64,000 nt of DNA from an uncultured Clostridia bacterium (GTDB lineage Bacteria > Bacillota > Clostridia > Christensenellales > UBA1242): NCBI GenBank assembly GCA_934747255.1, contig CAKVGH010000004.1, positions 11,526 through 75,525 of the forward strand. The letters are read 5' to 3'. The position numbers were made by a program, and so were the translations under genes. This document shows positions 9,230 through 18,854 of the stretch, piece after piece. The notes beneath the pieces are model-generated. The model ran no database searches, was not told where the DNA came from, and worked only from the letters and a program-made list of their open reading frames with translations. The stretch's first letter is position 1. Each line of letters opens with the position of its first letter.

Positions 9230-9826
9230 ATGAAAGTAGATTTTGAAAAAAGTAAAACAAAAGTAAATTTGGCCCGCAGTTTTGCAGCCGAATGTATGGA
9301 AGGCGCAAAGTATCAATTTATGGCAAAGCAAGCTGAAACTGAAAATTTAGAGTATGTTAAATCTGTTCTAAAAACCTTGGCAAAACACGAGATGAGTCAC
9401 GCAAAAGTATTTTGGGATTATCTTCAAGAAAACTCAAAGAAAGTGGAAGCAAATATCGATATGACTTTTGGTTATCCATTTGAATGTGGCTCACTTTGTG
9501 AAAACTTTAAGTACCACTCCAAAAACGAGTTGGAACTATATGACCACATTTACCCAGCATTTGCAAAAATTGCAAAAGATGAAGGCTATGAAGACATTGC
9601 TCATACCTTCAAATTAGTTGCAACAGTTGAAAACTGTCATAGCGCATTGCTTCAACAATTACACGAAAAACTAAAAGGCAAAAAACTATACAAATCTGCA
9701 AAGAGCAGAAAATGGAAGTGTAACCAATGTGGGTTTGAACACACCGCAAAACAAGCGTGGGATACTTGTCCACTCTGCAAAATGAATCAAGGGTATGTTG
9801 AAGTACCACTAGATATGGGAGAATAG
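9230..9826 (+). CDS. rbr: Rubrerythrin
   Basis: 198 aa with an N-terminal ferritin-like diiron region (ECMEGAKY, EMSHAKVF, ELELYD, VENCH) and a C-terminal rubredoxin-like CNQCG...CPLC. AAGGAG lies upstream. Confidence 0.9.
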   Translation: MKVDFEKSKTKVNLARSFAAECMEGAKYQFMAKQAETENLEYVKSVLKTLAKHEMSHAKVFWDYLQENSKKVEANIDMTFGYPFECGSLCENFKYHSKNELELYDHIYPAFAKIAKDEGYEDIAHTFKLVATVENCHSALLQQLHEKLKGKKLYKSAKSRKWKCNQCGFEHTAKQAWDTCPLCKMNQGYVEVPLDMGE

Positions 9827-9940
9827 TTTTTTAGAATAAAAACTATCTAAAATATTTGTGTAAAATTCAACACACCATTGACTATCTTTTGATTTGCATA
9901 AAAAACTCTTAATTTGAAATCAAAAACTAAAAAAATTATA

Positions 9941-9969
9941 AAAAAAGTAGTTAAATAAACTACTTTTTT
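9941..9969. terminator. Bidirectional terminator between rbr and the trmH-like gene
   Basis: Hairpin agtagtt-aaata-aactact at 9946-9964, flanked by an A-run on the left and a T-run on the right. Confidence 0.65.
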
Positions 9970-10011
9970 AATTTTCTTTATTATAAACCTAACAATGCTA
10001 TTTAGTAATTT

Positions 10012-10827
10012 TTATTTTCCTTTTCTACACATAAATGCTTCATAAAGGAAAATAGAACCGGCACACGAAGCATTAAATGATGATGCTTCGCCAACCATTG
10101 GAATTTTAACTTGAATGTTTGCGGTTTCAAGTAAAAACTTACTTAAACCCATACTTTCATTTCCAATCATAATAATGGTAGGCAAATTGTAATCTATTTC
10201 CCTAATATTTGAATTACCTAATTCCGTAGTCGCTAATATTTGCAAATTTGGGTATGTTTTTTTAATGCTTTCAAATTTTGCTATTACATCAGCATTTGTA
10301 TCTATTTTTTCAATAGGCATAGTAAAATACGACCCCATTGAAGCACCTATTACTTCTGGGTCATAAATATCAACGCTATGACCTGTAACAATTATTCCGT
10401 CAACACCAAACGCATCAGCACTTCTTATTATAGAGCCCAAATTACCCTTTTTTGATGGTCTATCAAACAAAACAATCAGCGGTGATTTTTTATCGTTTAT
10501 TTCCACTTTCATTTGTTTCATTTCAAAAACAGCCATCAATTCTGATGTATCTGTTTTGCCACTTATTTCAGATAATAGTTCATCACTAAAACTATAATTT
10601 TCAAAGGTTTGATTTTTGTTAATTGTATTTTTTGCCCAGTCAGAAAGTTTTGAATATTTACCATAAATCCAATGTTTTACTTTCCAGTGATATTTTAATG
10701 CTAAATTTATATTTCTAACACCTTCAACAAATATTTCTTTGCTTTCAAAACGCTTTGTTCTATTTGTTTTCAAAACAATTAAATGCTGAAAAGTATTTTC
10801 TCTTTTGCTAATTTTTACTTCTTTCAT
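10012..10827 (-). CDS. SpoU/TrmH family RNA 2'-O-methyltransferase
   Basis: 271 aa with SpoU motifs (GNLGSIIRSADAFG, MIGNESMGLS, IPMVGEASSFNASCAGSIFLYE). Confidence 0.85.
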   Translation of the reverse strand: MKEVKISKRENTFQHLIVLKTNRTKRFESKEIFVEGVRNINLALKYHWKVKHWIYGKYSKLSDWAKNTINKNQTFENYSFSDELLSEISGKTDTSELMAVFEMKQMKVEINDKKSPLIVLFDRPSKKGNLGSIIRSADAFGVDGIIVTGHSVDIYDPEVIGASMGSYFTMPIEKIDTNADVIAKFESIKKTYPNLQILATTELGNSNIREIDYNLPTIIMIGNESMGLSKFLLETANIQVKIPMVGEASSFNASCAGSIFLYEAFMCRKGK

Positions 10828-10862
10828 ATTAACTCCAATATCAATCGATTTTTACAATCAAA

Positions 10863-12422
10863 CTAATTCAAAAGGTCTTCCATAAGTAAAACTTTATCTG
10901 CATTTTGACTAACAAAGTTTTTGTCGTGGCTAACAAACAAAATTGTTCCGCCAAATTTTTTTATTGCGACAGATAGTTGTTCTACTGCATTATGGTCAAG
11001 ATGATTGGTTGGTTCATCAAGAAAAATTATATTGCAAGGGTGAAGCATTAGTTTGCAAATTTTTACTTTACCTTGCTCGCCACCGCTTAAAGATTTTAGT
11101 GGTTCGTTTACTTCTTTTGACTTTAACCCGCAACGAGCCAAATTGCTTCTGGCTTCGGTTTCGGTTAATTTTGGATATTCACTCAAAATATACTGAACAG
11201 GAGTCATACTATCATCTTCAAATATGTTGTCTTGTTCATATATTCCAAGCACAACATTTGTTGCGTACTTAAATTCACCACTAATTGCTGGAATAACGCC
11301 CGCCAAAGTCTTCAAAAATGTACTTTTACCAATTCCGTTAAATCCAGTTATCGCAAGTTTTTCGCCTTTTTCTAGTTCAATATTTATACTCTTTTTAAGA
11401 AGCGGAACGCCATTATAACCTATTTTAAGATTGCTTACTTGCAATAAAATTTTGCTACCAAGTGGCTTATACGAAAACAAAAAGTTTGGTTTGGAATGGC
11501 TACTTGGTGGCTCGATTTTTTCCATTTTGTCAAGCACTTTTATTCTGCTTTGAACCATACTTGCTTTTGTTGCTTTATACCTAAACCTATCAATAAGTTT
11601 AGTCATATCTTCAATCTTTTTTTGCTGACGATTAAAAGCATTTTGCTGTTGCTCTTTTCTTAACTTTTTGTCTAAAACATACTTTTCAAAATTTTCGTTA
11701 TATCGAGTTACTGTTTTATCGTCAATATCACAAATACAAGTTGTTATTTTTGCCAAAAATTTTTCATCGTGGCTGATTACAATAAAAGTACCTTCGGTGT
11801 TTACAATATAATCTTCCAGCCACTGTATATGTTCCACATCTAAAAAGTTTGTAGGTTCATCAAGTAAAATTACATCTGGCTTTTCGAGTAGCAATTTGCA
11901 AAGCCTAACTTTTGCTCTTTGACCGCCCGAAAGTGTTTTAACTAATGTATCAAGCCCAAAATCTGTAACACCGAGTCCGTCTGCAACTCTGCGTATTTTC
12001 CCATCAAGGGCATAAAAGCCATTAACTTCGAGCATTTGCATTATTTTTTCCGTTTGATTTGTAATCAATATAATCTCATCATCGGTTGTTGCAGAGCCCA
12101 TTTTTTCGTATAAACTTATTAGTTTTTTATCTGCTTCGTAAAGGCTAGCAAAACTCTCCTGCAAATATTCCATAACTGTTTTTTCGCTATCAATCAAAGC
12201 GTGTTGGTCAAGATAACCAATTTTTATATTTGGGTTAATCACGAGTGACCCATTATCATACAAAATTTGTCCTGTGAGCATTTTTAGAAGCGTACTTTTA
12301 CCTGCTCCATTTATACCAACAATGCCCATTTTATCAAATTTATTTATAACAAAATTTGCATTTTGAAAAATAACTTTATCGCCAAATGACAGCGAAAAAT
12401 TATTAAAATCTATTAGTCCCAT
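10863..12422 (-). CDS. ABC-F family ATPase (no membrane domain)
   Basis: 519 aa with two ABC cassettes: Walker A GINGAGKST and GFNGIGKST, signatures LSGGQ and LSGGE, Walker B ILLDEPTN and IFLDEPTN. A charged linker joins them. Confidence 0.9.
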   Translation of the reverse strand: MGLIDFNNFSLSFGDKVIFQNANFVINKFDKMGIVGINGAGKSTLLKMLTGQILYDNGSLVINPNIKIGYLDQHALIDSEKTVMEYLQESFASLYEADKKLISLYEKMGSATTDDEIILITNQTEKIMQMLEVNGFYALDGKIRRVADGLGVTDFGLDTLVKTLSGGQRAKVRLCKLLLEKPDVILLDEPTNFLDVEHIQWLEDYIVNTEGTFIVISHDEKFLAKITTCICDIDDKTVTRYNENFEKYVLDKKLRKEQQQNAFNRQQKKIEDMTKLIDRFRYKATKASMVQSRIKVLDKMEKIEPPSSHSKPNFLFSYKPLGSKILLQVSNLKIGYNGVPLLKKSINIELEKGEKLAITGFNGIGKSTFLKTLAGVIPAISGEFKYATNVVLGIYEQDNIFEDDSMTPVQYILSEYPKLTETEARSNLARCGLKSKEVNEPLKSLSGGEQGKVKICKLMLHPCNIIFLDEPTNHLDHNAVEQLSVAIKKFGGTILFVSHDKNFVSQNADKVLLMEDLLN

Positions 12423-12434
12423 ATTATTCCTTTT

Positions 12435-13490
12435 TTAGCAAGCACTATCTATTACTCCACCACCTAAACAGTCGGTTTGTGTATACAAAACTGCATATTG
12501 TCCAGCAGTAACTGCTCTTTGTGGAACTTCAAACGATATGCTTACACTCTCATCATCATTTATTATAATGTGTGCTTTTTGGTCTGATTGACGATACCTA
12601 ACTTTTACAAAACAATCAAATTCCTTTTGATTTGGTTTTTTAGGTATCCAATTAAATGACTTTACTAACACATTTTTTGAAAACAAATATTTTTCTTCAT
12701 TTGTAGAAACATACAAAATATTGTTTTCAATATCTTTGTTTACAACGAACCATCTACCAAGTTCGTCCTTTTGTCCGCCTACTCCAAGTCCCTTTCTTTG
12801 ACCAAAAGTAAATTTGGAAATACCATTATGTTTGCCAACAACTTTGTTGGTTTCTAAATCTACAATTTTGCCAAACTTTTCTGGACAAATTTTATTCATA
12901 TAGTCCTTAAATTTTTGCGAGCCAACAAAACACACATCAAAACTATCTTTTTTGTGAGCAGACATTAAGCTGTTTTCTTCGGCAATTTTTCTAACTTCTG
13001 TTTTTTTGATTTCTCCTAGTGGAAAAAGTGCTTTTTCTAGTTGCGATTGTGAAAGTTGATTCAAAAAATATGTTTGGTCCTTATCGCTATCCAATGCTTT
13101 TTTTAAGGTATGCACGCCGTTTTCGTGAACGATTTTAGCATAATGACCAGTTGCATAAAAATCTGCTCCAACTTGGTTTGCAAAGTCAATAAAAGGCTTA
13201 AACTTAACATTTTTATTACACATTACACAAGGGTTTGGCGTTCTGCCACTCTTGTATTCGGTAATAAAATACGATTTTACCTTTTCCATTTCGTCTTCAA
13301 ACGAAACAATTTTATATTCAATACCAAGTTTTTCACAAAGGTCCTTTACAAACACTTCGTCTTTTGTTTCTTGAGCAGAGTTTTGATTTTTCATGTGCAG
13401 TCCAATAACTCTATAACCCTGCTTTTTTAAGAGCAATGCGGTAACTGAACTATCAACACCGCCACTCATACCTACTACTACTGTTTTCAT
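12435..13490 (-). CDS. mnmA: tRNA 2-thiouridine(34) synthase MnmA
   Basis: 351 aa with PP-loop GMSGGVDSS and NPCVMCN. MnmA-like throughout. Confidence 0.9.
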   Translation of the reverse strand: MKTVVVGMSGGVDSSVTALLLKKQGYRVIGLHMKNQNSAQETKDEVFVKDLCEKLGIEYKIVSFEDEMEKVKSYFITEYKSGRTPNPCVMCNKNVKFKPFIDFANQVGADFYATGHYAKIVHENGVHTLKKALDSDKDQTYFLNQLSQSQLEKALFPLGEIKKTEVRKIAEENSLMSAHKKDSFDVCFVGSQKFKDYMNKICPEKFGKIVDLETNKVVGKHNGISKFTFGQRKGLGVGGQKDELGRWFVVNKDIENNILYVSTNEEKYLFSKNVLVKSFNWIPKKPNQKEFDCFVKVRYRQSDQKAHIIINDDESVSISFEVPQRAVTAGQYAVLYTQTDCLGGGVIDSAC

Positions 13491-13498
13491 ATTATCTC

Positions 13499-13972
13499 CT
13501 AAATCGAAAAACTGTCCTTATAGACAGATACTTTATATTTTTTTGTTATAATCTTTACCAAATCGAAAATAAACATTATAAGATTTATGCCCATTAAAAG
13601 ATAGGACACTGACGAGCACCATACTCCCACAATTCCCATTTGTGAATATGTTTCCAAAAAGAAAATAGAAATTATTGCAAAAGTTAACGCAAACACAAAT
13701 GATATTGTCGAATAAATGGCTTTTATGAATTTTCCAGCATAATAACTATGCCCGCCAACAAGTCCCAAAAAAATGCACAAATACAAAAGTTTTTTTCGTG
13801 ATATATCCGCAGGCAAAATATTGGTGTACACAACATCTGCACCAAAGCCTTCCCTTCTTGCTCTTTTTACATCTTTATGAAGTGCTCCTTCCACCGAGTT
13901 TAGATTAAACCCGCACGACTTACAACGCTTCGTTCTTTTATCAATCGAGCCATAACATTTTGGACATACCAT
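13499..13972 (-). CDS. Zinc-ribbon / TM2-like membrane protein
   Basis: N-terminal CPKC...CKSC ribbon followed by a TM2-like hydrophobic domain (LGLVGGHSYYAGKF). I start it at ATG 13972, which has GGGAG 8 nt upstream, rather than the track start 13993. Confidence 0.6.
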   Translation of the reverse strand: MVCPKCYGSIDKRTKRCKSCGFNLNSVEGALHKDVKRARREGFGADVVYTNILPADISRKKLLYLCIFLGLVGGHSYYAGKFIKAIYSTISFVFALTFAIISIFFLETYSQMGIVGVWCSSVSYLLMGINLIMFIFDLVKIITKKYKVSVYKDSFSI

Positions 13973-14059
13973 AAAAAAATCTCCCATTTGCATTTTAGCA
14001 TAAAGGAGATTGTTTTTGCTAGTATTTTAATATTTTTTAACCAGATTTTAGTCATTTTA

Positions 14060-15085
<1,026 letters not shown>

Positions 15086-15157
15086 TCATAATCAAATTGT
15101 AAAACAAATATGCTTAAATTAACAATAAATTTTTAGCCAAAAATCAAATTTGTTAAA

Positions 15158-16285
15158 TTATATCAAATTTTCAGGGTTCAAACATTCAAGTTCTGGCAAA
15201 ACGAAAAGTCCATTTTTTCTAATTAAAACATCGTCAAACCAAATTTCGCCACCGCCATAGTCATCTCGTTGAATTTGAACCATATCCCAATGCACAGCAC
15301 TATCATTGCCGTTGTAGGCGTCATTATAGCAACTACCTGGTGTAAAATGAAAACTACCCGCTATTTTTTCATCAAACAAAATATCCATCATAGGCTCTAA
15401 AATATATGGATTAAGTCCAAATGAAAACTCGCCGATATATCTTGCTCCCTCGTCCGTGTCTAAAATGTGATTTAGCATATCGCTGTTATTTAGACTTGTG
15501 GCTTCAATAATTTTGCCGTCCTTAAATTTTAATTTAACATTATCAAATCTTATTCCATTATACATTGTTGGCACATTGTAAGACAAAACTCCATTTACGC
15601 TAGTCTTTACAGGTGCGGTGTAAACTTCGCCGTCTGGAATGTTCATTTCGCCCGCACATTTTACCGCTTTAATACCTTTGATTGAAAAACTCAAATCGGT
15701 GTTATTGGAAATAATTCTCACTTTGTCAGTTCGTTCCATAAGATTTTTTAGATTATCCATAGCGTCATTCATTTTGGCGTAATCTAAATTACAAACTTTA
15801 TAGTAGAAATCCCTAAATTCATCGGTGCTTTTGCCTGCTTGTTGAGAAAAACTATCAGTAGGATATTGAAGTATTACCCACTTTGTTTTTGTCACTCTAA
15901 TATCGTGATGAATAGGCTTTTGATAGTACACATTATATACTTGTTTTTTCTGCTTATCCACCGCAGACAATTCGTACAAATTATTACTTGCCGATATGCC
16001 GATATATGCGTCCATATCTTCCATAATAGGCTTCATATAATCTGTCATCAGTTTGGAATGTTTTTCGGTTGTTCCCAAAATAAGTTCTTTTAACACCAAC
16101 TGACTTTTTAGTTTAACAAAAGGGAAGCCCCCTTTATCAAAGACTTCCTTTACAATTTCCAAAACGAGTGGTTCTGCTAAAACACTCGCTTCAATTAAAA
16201 CTTTTTCTCCCTTTTGAACATTGCAGGAGTAATTTACTAAATTTTTTGCTAAAATTTTATTATTATTTTCCATATACTTCTCCAA
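15158..16285 (-). CDS. Aminopeptidase, M29 (AmpS/PepS-like) family
   Basis: 375 aa. Its length and sequence resemble thermophilic metalloprotease M29 members as I remember them (LVNYSCNVQKGEKVLIEA, GEFSFGLNP, VHWDMV). No HMM check was possible. Confidence 0.7.
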   Translation of the reverse strand: MEKYMENNNKILAKNLVNYSCNVQKGEKVLIEASVLAEPLVLEIVKEVFDKGGFPFVKLKSQLVLKELILGTTEKHSKLMTDYMKPIMEDMDAYIGISASNNLYELSAVDKQKKQVYNVYYQKPIHHDIRVTKTKWVILQYPTDSFSQQAGKSTDEFRDFYYKVCNLDYAKMNDAMDNLKNLMERTDKVRIISNNTDLSFSIKGIKAVKCAGEMNIPDGEVYTAPVKTSVNGVLSYNVPTMYNGIRFDNVKLKFKDGKIIEATSLNNSDMLNHILDTDEGARYIGEFSFGLNPYILEPMMDILFDEKIAGSFHFTPGSCYNDAYNGNDSAVHWDMVQIQRDDYGGGEIWFDDVLIRKNGLFVLPELECLNPENLI

Positions 16286-16325
16286 TAATTATTATTGGCA
16301 AAATATATATTATATATTCGCAAAT

Positions 16326-17237
16326 TTAATTTTTGCCCAACTTAAAATCAAGTAAAGCCGAATACAAAAAGCACAAACCTATACTTAATGACCCAAATAA
16401 TACAAAAATCATAATGGCTGTATAAGACAAAGCGAAATTATTTTGCTTTGCTACTGGCATTAAAACTATCGTTAGCAAAATTGACATTAAGAATAACGAA
16501 AGCAAAATTGTTGCTGTTAAAAATTTTTTGTTCCATTTTGGCTTGTCATTTTCAACTACCACTTTTTCTGTCGTAGTCGTTACTGATGATGGGAAATATC
16601 GCAACTCATCAAAATTTCTTAAATAAGCATTTTTTTCTGGAATAGCAACCATTAGTCTGTAAACTGTTTTGTCATATAGTTGAAAAGCATTAGAACAGTC
16701 AAGTTGTTTGTTTAGTCCACCAAACGATATTAAAAAATTGAGTACCTTTTGGTGCAATCTTTGAAAGAATTTGCCAATCTTTTGCCAAAAGTTTAGATTA
16801 TTTGGCTTGTATTGTAATCTAACAATTTTTGAGCCTTTTTCCCAAGCGGAAACCATATCTTGAAGATATTTTTCGCAGTCAGCGTTTGTCATATCACAAA
16901 TAATAACAGAGTCGCCAGTTAAAAAGTTAAAGGCTTCGACTACTCGTTTGTTAAAGGACAAATCTTCTTTAACCTTTACAATCTTAACATTATTAAGGCT
17001 CTGTAAAGCACTTTTTTCACTTGTAACAAAAACAAAATCAAACTGATAATGCGTAAACAAACTTGTGACTTTTTGAGCAAAATCATCTACCATTTCATCA
17101 ACAGCATTAGGAACAACTACCGTAATTTTTTTTATAGAACTTTTGCCTTCTTGCAAAACTTCGGCATTGTTATTTCGTTTTTTTAAGTTTTTTTCGGTAT
17201 TAAGTTTTTTATCTTTTACTGACTTTTTACTTTTCAT
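16326..17237 (-). CDS. Hypothetical membrane protein, possibly a degenerate GT2 (GtrB/DPM1-like) fold
   Basis: 303 aa with a Lys-rich N-terminus and two C-terminal TM helices. ITVVVPNAVDE and GDSVIICDMTNADCEKY loosely parallel the GT2 N-terminal strand and DxD region, but the acidic motifs are not conserved. Confidence 0.3.
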   Translation of the reverse strand: MKSKKSVKDKKLNTEKNLKKRNNNAEVLQEGKSSIKKITVVVPNAVDEMVDDFAQKVTSLFTHYQFDFVFVTSEKSALQSLNNVKIVKVKEDLSFNKRVVEAFNFLTGDSVIICDMTNADCEKYLQDMVSAWEKGSKIVRLQYKPNNLNFWQKIGKFFQRLHQKVLNFLISFGGLNKQLDCSNAFQLYDKTVYRLMVAIPEKNAYLRNFDELRYFPSSVTTTTEKVVVENDKPKWNKKFLTATILLSLFLMSILLTIVLMPVAKQNNFALSYTAIMIFVLFGSLSIGLCFLYSALLDFKLGKN

Positions 17238-17387
17238 ACTACCACCTATTACTTTTATTATAAATTAAATCATAATAAATTGAAAACAATTTTCAATCTA
17301 TTTTTATTTTTGCTTATTTATTTTTTTATATTAAAAAAATTTTGCGGGAACAAAATAAAATAATATAATGTTTTTAAGGAGATAGTT

Positions 17388-18296
17388 ATGGCACTTGTAA
17401 ATAATATTGAAATGTTAAAAAACGCACAGAAATCAAAAAAGGCAGTTGGCGGATTTAACTTTACCACTTTGGAACAACTGAAAACTATACTAAAAGTTGC
17501 CAACGAACAAAATTACCCTGTTATAATTCAAGCAAGCGAAAGTGCAATAAATTTTATTGGTATTGAAACTTTGGTTGCAATGGTAAAAGCGGAAGCAAAA
17601 AATGTTGATATTGATGTTTGTCTTAACCTTGACCACGGCAAAAATTTTGAAATTTGTAAAAAAGCAATAGATGCTGGATTTACAAATGTAATGATTGATT
17701 GTTCCAGCAAGCCTATGGATGAAAACATTGAAATTACCAAAAAGGTTGTAGAATATGCCCACCCACGAAATGTTAGTGTCGAAGCCGAACTTGGAGCATT
17801 AAAAGGAGTTGAAGACGAAGTTTGTTCTAGGTCAAGCGTCTTTACAAAACCCGAAGAAGCCTTGCTATTTGTAAATCAAACTAATGTTGATAGTCTTGCG
17901 GTAAGCATTGGAACAAGTCACGGGACTTATAAATTTACTGGCGAAAGTTTTTTAGATATTGACAGATTAAAACAAATAAAAATGGCTGTAAATGTTCCCC
18001 TAGTCTTGCACGGAGCAAGTATGGTTGATGAAAACTTACTTTGTGATTTTGAAAAGTCTGGCGGAAATATCGGCAACGCAAAAGGCGTATCAAAAGTAAA
18101 CTTGCAAAATGCTATTGAAAACGGAATTTGCAAAGTTAATATGGACACAGATTTTAGACTCGCTTTCACAACCGGTGTTAGAAACTCTCTAAAAGACCCT
18201 AAAATTTTCAATCTTCGTGATTACTTAAAATGCGGTCAAACAGAAATGGAAAAACGAGTATTAGAGAGAATTTTAATTCTTTCTAGAAAAGTATAA
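17388..18296 (+). CDS. fba: Class II fructose-bisphosphate aldolase
   Basis: 302 aa with NLDHG, SIGTSHGTYKF and LVLHGAS, as in class II FBA/tagatose-bisphosphate aldolases. Confidence 0.85.
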   Translation: MALVNNIEMLKNAQKSKKAVGGFNFTTLEQLKTILKVANEQNYPVIIQASESAINFIGIETLVAMVKAEAKNVDIDVCLNLDHGKNFEICKKAIDAGFTNVMIDCSSKPMDENIEITKKVVEYAHPRNVSVEAELGALKGVEDEVCSRSSVFTKPEEALLFVNQTNVDSLAVSIGTSHGTYKFTGESFLDIDRLKQIKMAVNVPLVLHGASMVDENLLCDFEKSGGNIGNAKGVSKVNLQNAIENGICKVNMDTDFRLAFTTGVRNSLKDPKIFNLRDYLKCGQTEMEKRVLERILILSRKV

Positions 18297-18574
18297 TCAT
18301 TCTTAAAATAAAATCATACTCAATACTTTAATTATTCTTGATGTTTATTAAAAACATAATAATTTATATCTGTTAATCAATAAAAAATAAATTTTGTTTT
18401 ATATAATTAAGACTCTACAAAAACTCAAAGAAAAAATTTTTAACAAAGACGAATATTAAATTTAATAGTTATAAAACAAGCATTAAAAATTTTCAAGTTA
18501 AGTTAAAAATATTAAAAAATGTTAAAAAAATGCATTAAAAATGCAAAAAAACATTAAAATTTTATTAAAATTAT

Positions 18575-18606
18575 AAAAAAAAGTGGAAATTACTTTCCAC
18601 TTTTTT
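18575..18606. terminator. Bidirectional terminator at the left edge of the T4SS-like island
   Basis: Hairpin gtggaaa-ttac-tttccac at 18583-18600, flanked by an A-run and a T-run. It overlaps the stop of the 84-aa ORF. Confidence 0.65.
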
Positions 18607-18844
18607 GTTTTAATAAAACTGCTTTAATCTCTTTCATTTCATTAAAAGTTATACCGCGAAGCATTATATAAAGTTCTTCGTATGCTCTAACAATAATTTT
18701 TGGAGCATTTTGTTGTGCTTGTTTTTCCTTTTGACTAACAACTACATTAACAAAATCTTCCTTACTGTTCCATTCCTTTGCAAGCAACATTTTTTCAAAA
18801 ATATCAAGAGAAAGTTGTTTTGCCTTCAAAAATTCATTATCCAT
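18590..18844 (-). CDS. Hypothetical 84-aa protein, translationally coupled to the 987-aa ORF
   Basis: An AAGGAG ribosome-binding site overlaps the stop codon of the upstream ORF (18855-18857). I recognise no motif. Confidence 0.5.
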   Translation of the reverse strand: MDNEFLKAKQLSLDIFEKMLLAKEWNSKEDFVNVVVSQKEKQAQQNAPKIIVRAYEELYIMLRGITFNEMKEIKAVLLKQKSGK

Positions 18845-18854
18845 TTTTTACTCC

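Noticed and set aside
18480-18575. Phased TTAAAAA / CATTAAAAAT repeats in the convergent gap at the left edge of the island. They looked iteron-like or att-like.
   Set aside because: Spacing is irregular (about 9-20 nt). The sequence is simple A-tract low complexity typical of AT-rich intergenic DNA. No counterpart exists at the right edge of the island.
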